Virus record (IMG/VR): IMGVR_UViG_3300044448_003297 | Location: 1 to 24,109 of that record | DNA length: 24,109 bases | Direction: 5' to 3' (one strand) | Source of the DNA: a virus | Lineage: Duplodnaviria; Caudoviricetes | In this document: positions 18,320 to 24,109 of the stretch, piece after piece | Layout of the letters: each line of letters begins with the position of its first letter | Numbering within the stretch: the stretch's first letter is position 1 | The notes under the pieces: generated by a model | Seen by the model: the letters and a program-made list of their open reading frames with translations, nothing else | Databases searched by the model: none | Told to the model about the DNA's origin: nothing | Program-made: the position numbers and the translations under genes

Positions 18320-18916
18320 ATGAGTAAGATTGATTTATCTAAACTAGCACAACCAACACCAGAAGACAGGATTAAACACAGAACCCAAGCAGGGGTTAAA
18401 CTGTCCTATGTAGATGCGAGATACTGCATGGATGTTTTAGATGCTGTAGTAGGTCCTGAAAACTGGAGTGATGATTATAAAGAAGTAAAGGGTTTGTTGA
18501 TGTGTGGTGTTTCTATTAATGTTAATGGAACCAAAGTAACTAAATGGGACACTGGAACTGAAGCAAACTTTGAAGGAGAAAAGTCTATAGTTAGCGACTC
18601 ATTTAAACGTGCTTGCGTTAAATGGGGTATAGCAAGGGATTTATACGACATTAAAAAGGCTGGGGTCAAAAGGGACGCTACTCCTATATTACCTTCCGAA
18701 CCTTCCGTGGGTTCCCCTGGTAAGCCTCAGCCAAATTCCCCTACAAATAAACAATCTGGATATGTTCTTAATTTTGGTAAACATAGTGGAAAATTTATTA
18801 CAGATGTTCCCTTAGATTATCTTAAATGGTTTTTAAATCAAAAAGATAATAAGAAGGATATGAAGACTTACAATGAGTTTCTAAGTGAATATCAAAAGAG
18901 AATGACGAATGATTAA
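18320..18916 (+). CDS. Rad52/Rad22-family (Sak-like) ssDNA annealing protein with C-terminal 'FGKH' domain
   Basis: 'LSYVDAR..MDVLDAVVGPENWS', 'EKSIVSDSFKRACVKWGIARDLY'. C-terminal 'LNFGKHSGKFITDVPLDYLKW' resembles DUF3820 / ExoX C-terminal domains. Confidence 0.9.
   Translation: MSKIDLSKLAQPTPEDRIKHRTQAGVKLSYVDARYCMDVLDAVVGPENWSDDYKEVKGLLMCGVSINVNGTKVTKWDTGTEANFEGEKSIVSDSFKRACVKWGIARDLYDIKKAGVKRDATPILPSEPSVGSPGKPQPNSPTNKQSGYVLNFGKHSGKFITDVPLDYLKWFLNQKDNKKDMKTYNEFLSEYQKRMTND
18658..18732 (+). other. CDS-embedded stem-loop carrying the anti-RBS sequence CGCTACTCCT
   Basis: GGCTGGGGT(18658-66) pairs with GCCTCAGCC(18724-32), 9 bp with 2 G-U. The pyrimidine-rich interior includes CGCTACTCCTATA. 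Confidence 0.55.
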
Positions 18917-19643
18917 GCTTGTAGAGGGCACTAGATATGGTAGATTCTATGATATTGGGGATGGTATATACGTCCCCAGTGTCACCACAGTCACTAGATA
19001 TGGATGCCCTACACCTAATTACCTTCTAAAATACATTGTGAACAACTCAAAGGGTGACTATGATAAGTACCTAGAGACTTCATCAGAAGCACTTAGAGTG
19101 GGAACTGCTGTACACGATAGCTGTGAGAAGCTATTACTAGGTGAGGACTTAACTATAGAGAACGACCAAGAGGTGCAGAAGGGTGTAATAAGTTTTTGTA
19201 AGTGGTACAAGGACTATATGCCTAAAGTAATTTCAGTAGAAGAGGTGCTATACGCAAAGACTCACAAGCACGGTAAGTTGGTGTGTCCCTTTGCTGGTAG
19301 GTGTGACCTTGTGGTAGAGATGAACGATGAGATATGGATGATTGACCTAAAGACATCTAAGAGTCTAGAGGATTATACATATGTGATTCAGCTAAGTATG
19401 TATAAGATGTTGTGGGATATTCTACATCCAGACCAGACTATAGATAGGCTTGCTCTTGTTCATTGCAAAAAGAACTTTATGGGTGCACAGCCCACAGCAC
19501 GAACAAAGCTTTTTAAAGAGGTGGAGTTTGATGAGAAGTCTGTGTATGCAGCAGTGAGATTCTTTTACAGATACCAGGAAGCATTTGATAATAGTGGCAA
19601 CCTAAAAACAAAAGCTAAATTACAGACTGAATTTAAATTATAG
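18909..19643 (+). CDS. PD-(D/E)XK exonuclease (Cas4-like/phage recombination exonuclease)
   Basis: 'PSVTTV','GTAVH','EEVLY','AGRCDL','IDLKTS','QLSMY'; adjacent to the annealase. Confidence 0.88.
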   Translation: MIKLVEGTRYGRFYDIGDGIYVPSVTTVTRYGCPTPNYLLKYIVNNSKGDYDKYLETSSEALRVGTAVHDSCEKLLLGEDLTIENDQEVQKGVISFCKWYKDYMPKVISVEEVLYAKTHKHGKLVCPFAGRCDLVVEMNDEIWMIDLKTSKSLEDYTYVIQLSMYKMLWDILHPDQTIDRLALVHCKKNFMGAQPTARTKLFKEVEFDEKSVYAAVRFFYRYQEAFDNSGNLKTKAKLQTEFKL

Positions 19644-19651
19644 GAGTAGCG
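19642..19651 (+). repeat. Extended RBS motif AGGAGTAGCG, copy 2
   Basis: Overlaps the exonuclease stop codon and is immediately followed by the ATG of the initiator gene. Confidence 0.85.
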
Positions 19652-20335
19652 ATGAACGATTATATAGTAATACCAGGCAGTGTCTTGAGAAATCCAGACC
19701 TGACCTACCTACAGAAGTTAATCTTAGCTAAAATCACTAATTTAGATAACGACAAGGGGTGTTTTGCAACGAATAAATACTTTGCAAGATTATTATCCAC
19801 ATCTATAAATAGTGTATCAAAGACAATAAACCAGTTAAAAAGTATAGGATTGATTGAAGTAGAAATAAAAAACAATACAGATAGAAGTATAACCCTAGCT
19901 AAAAAGTGTAGGGGGGATGTCGTAAAAGTTGAGGGGGGGTCGCCTAAAAGTGTAGGGTCTTCCGTTACTATTAATATAGATAGTAATATAGATAATAATA
20001 AAATATATAAAAGTTTTATTGATTGGTGGAAATTATATGACAAAAAAGTTGGCAAGGATAAGGCTCTTAAGTTTTGGACTAAGAAACTTGACCAGTCTCT
20101 AGTTGATGATATAATGAACCACACCAAGCGTTATGTAAAAGCCACTGATAAGCAGTTTAGAAAGAACCCATACACTTACCTGTTTAATAGCTCTTGGGAA
20201 GATGAGATAATGAACGAAGAAGAAGAGATGAAATCTAATCCATTTGAAGACCAGAAAAGATTAAAGCTTTATAATCAGATGCACAATACAGATTTTCAAA
20301 CAATAGAAGAGGCTAGAGCTCATGCCAATGGTTAA
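19652..20335 (+). CDS. Replication initiator protein (N-terminal winged HTH, lambda O-like organisation)
   Basis: 'YIVIP..VL.NPDL...QKLILA.I...GCFATNKYFA..L...SVSKTINQL..IGLI'. C-terminal 'FIDWWKLYDKKVGK...KNPYTYL...WEDE'. Contains internal iterons. Confidence 0.85.
   Translation: MNDYIVIPGSVLRNPDLTYLQKLILAKITNLDNDKGCFATNKYFARLLSTSINSVSKTINQLKSIGLIEVEIKNNTDRSITLAKKCRGDVVKVEGGSPKSVGSSVTINIDSNIDNNKIYKSFIDWWKLYDKKVGKDKALKFWTKKLDQSLVDDIMNHTKRYVKATDKQFRKNPYTYLFNSSWEDEIMNEEEEMKSNPFEDQKRLKLYNQMHNTDFQTIEEARAHANG
19900..20020. other. Putative replication origin: three 22-bp-period iterons plus AT-rich unwinding element
   Basis: AAAAGTGTAGGG (19902), AAAAGTTGAGGG (19924), AAAAGTGTAGGG (19946), followed by an AT-rich tract containing TAATATAGATA twice. 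Confidence 0.75.
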
Positions 20336-20729
20336 ACTAGGTGATGCAATGAGACCACTTACAAGTAAGTTTGATATTGATTTAAGCTTAGGCGAGAAGT
20401 ATGAAGACTCTCTTGCTCAGATATTAACCATAGCAAAGATAGAAGTTAAAGCAGAAATAGATAAGTGGAGAGAAACAGGTAATATAGCTATAGAGATTAG
20501 GTGCAATGGAAAGCTATCAGGACTATCTGTAACCAAAGCAGACCACTGGTGCCACGTTCTATCTTACAAGAATGAAATTAAAATGATATTAATGTTCCCT
20601 ATTAAAGAACTAAAAAGAATAGTTAGGGAGCTAGTAGATAAAAAAGAAGCTAAGGTGATTATGGGTGGTGATAATAATAAGTCACAGATTGTGCTCATAC
20701 CCTTAGATAAAATAAAAGGAGTAGCGTAA
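20322..20729 (+). CDS. Restriction-endonuclease-like (PD-(D/E)XK) phage protein
   Basis: 'DLSLGEKYE','IEVKAE','TGNIAIEI..NGKLSGLSVTKADHW'. Confidence 0.65.
   Translation: MPMVKLGDAMRPLTSKFDIDLSLGEKYEDSLAQILTIAKIEVKAEIDKWRETGNIAIEIRCNGKLSGLSVTKADHWCHVLSYKNEIKMILMFPIKELKRIVRELVDKKEAKVIMGGDNNKSQIVLIPLDKIKGVA
20717..20726 (+). repeat. Extended RBS motif AGGAGTAGCG, copy 3
   Basis: Shares 14 nt (TAAAAGGAGTAGCG) with copy 1 and precedes ATG 20729. Confidence 0.85.
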
Positions 20730-21076
20730 TGGAAGTAATGAAAAAAATAGAAGAGATGTATCCTGAGTGTACAGATGCACTAATGAATAACTTTGACAGA
20801 GCGTATGACCTCTGGACCAGGAAACAAGCAGACTATGGAGACAGCAATATCCGACTGGGTTTAGACCTCTCCTCCTCATCCGAGCGTTCGCAAAATAGTA
20901 GGCTAGCTCAGTTGGGTGTTGTTATAAGAATGAATGATAAAATTAGTAGGTTAATTAATTTATATAAAAAGGACTTAGAGTCAGCAGTAGATGAATCTAT
21001 TGAGGACACAGCTCTTGATATTATGAATTATGCTAATATGTTAATGGTATTAAAATCAAACAAGTGGGGTAAATAA
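20729..21076 (+). CDS. Nucleotide-modification-associated domain protein (DUF1599-like, MazG-like helical fold)
   Basis: 'RKQADYG.S','IRMNDKISRL','DESIEDTALDIMNYA'. Confidence 0.8.
   Translation: MEVMKKIEEMYPECTDALMNNFDRAYDLWTRKQADYGDSNIRLGLDLSSSSERSQNSRLAQLGVVIRMNDKISRLINLYKKDLESAVDESIEDTALDIMNYANMLMVLKSNKWGK
20843..20923 (+). other. CDS-embedded long RNA stem-loop with anti-SD loop (CTCCTCCTC)
   Basis: 20843-20861 pairs continuously with 20905-20923: 19 bp, 13 Watson-Crick and 6 G-U. Confidence 0.6.
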
Positions 21077-21077
21077 A

Positions 21078-21356
21078 ATGACAATAAAGGACTTCAGAAA
21101 ACTAGATAATGGTGGCAAGGTAAAAGGTTTCATGACTATCGTAACAAACGAAGGTTTTGAAATGAAAAACTTTAAGCTTATTGAAGGTGCTAATGGGCTA
21201 TTCGTAGGTGCACCAAGCCAAAAGGGAACCGACAAAGAAGGCAACGAGAAGTGGTATGATATGGTGTGGATTCCAAAAGAGCTTAATGAACAGCTTGTAG
21301 ACCTTGTGGCTAATGAGGTAGATTTAACTCAAGACTCAAACCCTGTTCCATTTTAA
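21078..21356 (+). CDS. spoVG: SpoVG-family nucleic-acid-binding protein, probable phage SSB
   Basis: 'KVKGFMTI...GFEMKNFKLIEGANGLFVGAPSQK...WYD'. Acidic C-terminal tail ending in 'PVPF'. Confidence 0.8.
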   Translation: MTIKDFRKLDNGGKVKGFMTIVTNEGFEMKNFKLIEGANGLFVGAPSQKGTDKEGNEKWYDMVWIPKELNEQLVDLVANEVDLTQDSNPVPF

Positions 21357-21616
21357 TGTGGACAGGGAATACAACAGGGGGTAAGGTTTTGTATGTACAA
21401 AGGGAAGAGCTAGAGAAAGCACACTCTGAATTAGTGCAACACAATAAACAGCTCTTGAAAAAAATAGATGCAATCGTTAAATTAGTGGAGCAAACACTAA
21501 ACATACTTCTGTCATATAATCCGAAACTAGCAGAACAAACTAAAGAAGAGTTGGAGAAGATTAATGAACAGACAGACGATAAAAGCGATAAATCCCAGAG
21601 CGATACTTCTGGATGA
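21356..21616 (+). CDS. Hypothetical coiled-coil protein
   Basis: 86 aa, TAATG coupling to the spoVG-like gene. Confidence 0.55.
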   Translation: MWTGNTTGGKVLYVQREELEKAHSELVQHNKQLLKKIDAIVKLVEQTLNILLSYNPKLAEQTKEELEKINEQTDDKSDKSQSDTSG

Positions 21617-21824
21617 CGCATTTGACCGAGCTATACTTGGCGTAGGTAATGACGCTGATGGCGAACTGGTCGCAGTTTATAGCCAAAAAGAATGCTTAGA
21701 TATAATTGGAGCTGATGGCGTAGAGGATAAAGACGCTACATTTCTATGGGCAACATTCATAGAATACTCCAGAGGGAAAGGTGCTCCCATAATATTTACA
21801 GAATTGTGGGAAATCAATGAATAG
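21564..21824 (+). CDS. Hypothetical phage protein
   Basis: SD GGAG. 'DDAFDRAILG...VAVYS...GKGAPIIF' resembles a recurrent small phage family. Confidence 0.65.
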   Translation: MNRQTIKAINPRAILLDDAFDRAILGVGNDADGELVAVYSQKECLDIIGADGVEDKDATFLWATFIEYSRGKGAPIIFTELWEINE

Positions 21825-22005
21825 GAAAACTTGGAAGTTGATTCAATATTGGAGAGATAAATATAATTCAACACCTAATGGTTGGGCAGTAGCGTATATG
21901 GTTGGTGAGGATTATGTATCAGAGCTAAGTAAAATTAATAAAAAAAGAAATGTCAAGCGTAACAAAAAGATTAAAAACAGAGCCACTGACTTGCAAGATG
22001 TGTAA
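21817..22005 (+). CDS. Hypothetical protein
   Basis: 62 aa, overlaps both neighbours in a tightly packed operon. Confidence 0.5.
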   Translation: MNRKTWKLIQYWRDKYNSTPNGWAVAYMVGEDYVSELSKINKKRNVKRNKKIKNRATDLQDV

Positions 22006-22132
22006 GGGCTACACTATTGGAAAGCCAGTATATGAGTTTAGGTTTTGGGAAGACCCAGAGCCAATTAAAATATGTCACACTTGTGCAAAAAGAGAACATG
22101 GGAGTAGAAATAAAAAACCACTACCAGAATAA
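21950..22132 (+). CDS. Small zinc-finger-like protein
   Basis: CKMC...CHTC followed by a conserved-looking 'AKREHG'. Confidence 0.6.
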   Translation: MSSVTKRLKTEPLTCKMCKGYTIGKPVYEFRFWEDPEPIKICHTCAKREHGSRNKKPLPE

Positions 22133-22134
22133 TT

Positions 22135-22251
22135 TAGGGAAGCAGAGATGCTTTCTTGTCGGAAAGAAGATTAGGGTGTCTATATTACCAAACCTGATGA
22201 GTCGCTGTGGCGAAGGGTTTGAAACAGCAATTTTGGACACCCTTTGATTCT
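22135..22251 (+). ncRNA. Candidate structured RNA element
   Basis: GNRA-capped hairpin (22135-22158), then a nested multi-stem: AGGGTGTCTA/TGGACACCCT, CAAACCT/GGGTTTG, TCGC-TGTG-GCGA. Confidence 0.5.
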
Positions 22252-22500
22252 ATGGTTTCTATGTTGTCAATATATATACCCCTAATATTTACCCTTCACA
22301 CAACACACGAAATTTATAATATTAATAATCCCAGAATTAATCCTAAAGGCTATTATATTTTATGCCAATGGGAAGAAGATGATTTTTTTACTGATAAGAA
22401 TGGAGTAAGTAGACCATATCTGAGAGCAAAGGCAGATAAGTACTTTAAAAGAAAAGCAAGGGTAAAATATTGGCTAAGAAAACAGCAAGGCAAAGAGTAG
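22252..22500 (+). CDS. Hypothetical protein with hydrophobic N-terminus (start uncertain: GTG 22207 or ATG 22252/22261)
   Basis: In frame with track ORF 22207..22500. 'MVSMLSIYIPLIFTL' is hydrophobic, and the upstream extension overlaps the structured element. Confidence 0.5.
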   Translation: MVSMLSIYIPLIFTLHTTHEIYNINNPRINPKGYYILCQWEEDDFFTDKNGVSRPYLRAKADKYFKRKARVKYWLRKQQGKE

Positions 22501-22865
22501 TAAAGAGGTTAGACGATGTTACATCAAGATATATACGAGAGCGTGACAAGGCTTGTGTCCAATGTGGCTCAAAAGAAAACCTCACAAACGGACACGTCTT
22601 CTCCAGAAGGGCGTACAACACGAGGTGGGATATATCTGAGAACGGTAATTGTCATACTCAGTGCTGGGGCTGTAACTTTAGGCATAGTAAAGATAATTAC
22701 GATTATTTTAAGTGGTATAGGGATAAATTTGGAATAGAAAGGTTTGATGAATTAAGATTTGAATATAAAACCACAAGAAAAATAACCACAGCAGAATTAG
22801 AGGAGTTGTACGAGAAACTAACCTTAGCATATAAGGAGTTACTAATTGAAAACCAGGCTACTTAA
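22470..22865 (+). CDS. ninG: NinG/Rap-like recombination endonuclease (HNH-type)
   Basis: TTG start. 'LDDVTSRYIRERD..CVQCG...NGHVFSR...TRWD...NCHTQC.GCN'. Confidence 0.85.
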   Translation: MAKKTARQRVVKRLDDVTSRYIRERDKACVQCGSKENLTNGHVFSRRAYNTRWDISENGNCHTQCWGCNFRHSKDNYDYFKWYRDKFGIERFDELRFEYKTTRKITTAELEELYEKLTLAYKELLIENQAT

Positions 22866-23052
22866 CAAAGAAAGGATAATTGATTCATTAGAAGCAACAC
22901 TTAGGGATTTAGAAATAAGGGCTTGTTGGGTCGGATTAAAGGCTACAGCAATGAATTACACACAGAAGCTTGAATACGTTATGACGTTTTGGAATGTAAG
23001 CAAGGAAACAGCAGAGAAGGCGTTGTATAGTGACAAAACTATCAGCGAGTGA
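22846..23052 (+). CDS. Hypothetical protein
   Basis: TTG start with SD AAGGAG; 68 aa, helical. Confidence 0.55.
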   Translation: MKTRLLNKERIIDSLEATLRDLEIRACWVGLKATAMNYTQKLEYVMTFWNVSKETAEKALYSDKTISE

Positions 23053-23473
23053 TAAGGGGTATGTAGGAGAGTTATTCTGCGTCTTCTATTTAAACCTACA
23101 TAATTATTCAGCTATGATTGTTCCGAATCGTAGACCCTATGATGTGGCGATGGAATATGGTGGCAGATTAATTAAGGTTCAGGTAAAAACAAGCACCCAT
23201 AAAAATCACGAAAAAAAGAATTATAATTCTGGGTATTGCTTTAACATCAATAGACGTAGCAGGATAGTTAAGAATAATAAGGTCTTCCACTACTATGAGC
23301 ACTATGGAGAATTTGATTGTGATATTTTTGCATTTGTTCAGCCACGATTATATAAGATTGCCTTTTTTCACGTCAACCAGATTGACATTAAGTACAGAAA
23401 GATATTAAAGCCAGAGCAGTTTGATGAGTATAGTATAGAGAAAGCATTAACATACATAAAGGAGCCCAGATGA
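23030..23473 (+). CDS. PD-(D/E)XK endonuclease (I-Ssp6803I-like homing endonuclease family)
   Basis: 'KGYVGE','PYDVAME.GGRLIKVQVKTS','Y.FN','CDIFAFV'. Confidence 0.8.
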   Translation: MTKLSASDKGYVGELFCVFYLNLHNYSAMIVPNRRPYDVAMEYGGRLIKVQVKTSTHKNHEKKNYNSGYCFNINRRSRIVKNNKVFHYYEHYGEFDCDIFAFVQPRLYKIAFFHVNQIDIKYRKILKPEQFDEYSIEKALTYIKEPR

Positions 23474-23661
23474 GAACCCTTGAAAGCCTTAACCTTATAG
23501 TAGACAGAGTATACAAACTAATACTAGGAGTAGAGAGAAACCCAAAACCAAAACGAGCAAGAAACAAAGGTAGATTTGTAGCAGATGATAAATCAACTAA
23601 AGACATCAATGAAGCTTGGGTAGGTGGCAAAGCTCCAAAAAAGAAGAAGGGCAAATCTTAG
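23470..23661 (+). CDS. Small basic phage protein
   Basis: SD AAGGAG. 'KRARNKGRFVADDKSTKDINEAWVGGKAP' resembles a recurrent small phage protein motif. Confidence 0.7.
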   Translation: MRTLESLNLIVDRVYKLILGVERNPKPKRARNKGRFVADDKSTKDINEAWVGGKAPKKKKGKS

Positions 23662-23717
23662 GTATATGTAGGTATAGGGAAGGTGCTAACTTTGCGTATA
23701 TGGGGCATTCTAGGAAC

Positions 23718-23743
23718 AAAAAAAGGGAGCCGAAGCCCCCTTT
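23718..23743 (-). terminator. Intrinsic terminator (strong on the minus strand, possibly bidirectional)
   Basis: Minus strand reads GGGGGC-TTCG-GCTCCC-TTTTTTT, between convergent gene blocks. Confidence 0.85.
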
Positions 23744-23767
23744 AATTGCATTTATCACATTAGAGGT

Positions 23768-23947
23768 TTAATCTGGTGCACCGAATTGAATCCTTAAATC
23801 CTCTCTTATCACAGCTTCTCTATTAAAGGTACAAGTAACACATAACATATAACCCCAAGAGCTAAGATACTCTTCATACTCAGATACATACTTAACATCA
23901 TCAGAAGACTGCTTACAAAAGCTACATTCTTTAAGTTCTTTACTCAT
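23768..23947 (-). CDS. Small C4 zinc-finger-like protein, 59 aa (not in ORF track)
   Basis: MSKELKECSFCKQSSDDVKYVSEYEEYLSSWGYMLCVTCTFNREAVIREDLRIQFGAPD*. SD AAGGGGGTG and TAATG overlap. Confidence 0.7.
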   Translation of the reverse strand: MSKELKECSFCKQSSDDVKYVSEYEEYLSSWGYMLCVTCTFNREAVIREDLRIQFGAPD

Positions 23948-24108
23948 TACTCACCCCCTTCCACTAATATGATATTAACCTTACAGCTTTTTGGATTATG
24001 AGTATCAAACTCTAAGCCATGTTCAAAGGCTAATTTGTATAGCTTGATTTGTTTTATATCATAATCAGCATCTGGAACCATTTGCACTTCAGTAACTCCA
24101 CGTCCTGT
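23947..24108 (-). CDS. Partial (5'-truncated) hypothetical protein
   Basis: Open frame from the window end: TGRGVTEVQMVPDADYDIKQIKLYKLAFEHGLEFDTHNPKSCKVNIILVEGGE*. Its stop overlaps the next ATG. Confidence 0.55.
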   Translation of the reverse strand, partial: TGRGVTEVQMVPDADYDIKQIKLYKLAFEHGLEFDTHNPKSCKVNIILVEGGE

Positions 24109-24109
24109 T

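Noticed and set aside
21886-21896. AGTAGCGTA partial copy of the RBS motif
   Set aside because: It lacks the AGGAG core and lies mid-CDS; likely chance.
22194-22228. Canonical hammerhead ribozyme
   Set aside because: CUGAUGA and stem II are present, but GAAA does not follow stem II directly, and stems I and III cannot be formed convincingly.
22017-22247. Track ORFs 22017..22247 and 22516..22737
   Set aside because: They overlap better-supported features (zinc-finger gene, structured element, NinG), have non-ATG starts and no convincing SD.
1-24109. CRISPR array, tRNA, diversity-generating retroelement, integrase/att site, alternative genetic code
   Set aside because: No spaced repeats, cloverleafs, reverse transcriptase or integrase were seen. 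TAA, TAG and TGA all terminate tightly packed genes.

Overview
AT-rich fragment of a tailed dsDNA phage (podovirus-like Caudoviricetes) using the standard genetic code, with almost all genes on the + strand. Gene order: partial scaffold-like gene, BPP-1-type major capsid protein and cement protein, attenuating hairpin, two head-tail adaptors and a 1193-aa tail nozzle, internal (ejected) virion proteins including a 2534-aa polyvalent protein, and a lysis cassette (lysozyme-fold enzyme, small membrane proteins, YkgJ-like Cys-cluster protein). A sigma70-like promoter then drives a recombination/replication module: Rad52/Sak annealase, PD-(D/E)XK exonuclease, HTH initiator with an internal 22-bp-period iteron origin, DUF1599-like, SpoVG-like, NinG-like and PD-(D/E)XK endonuclease genes. 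A terminator and two convergent minus-strand genes end the window. Most notable: (1) a 10-nt extended RBS, AGGAGTAGCG, precedes three early genes, and its exact reverse complement lies in a stem-loop inside the Rad52 CDS; (2) a second CDS-embedded 19-bp G-U-rich stem displays an anti-SD loop; (3) a nested +1-frame gene with a perfect SD is overprinted in the giant ejection protein, ending at a cassette boundary; (4) a candidate structured ncRNA at about 22135-22251. All family assignments come from motif recognition by eye; no database searches were run.
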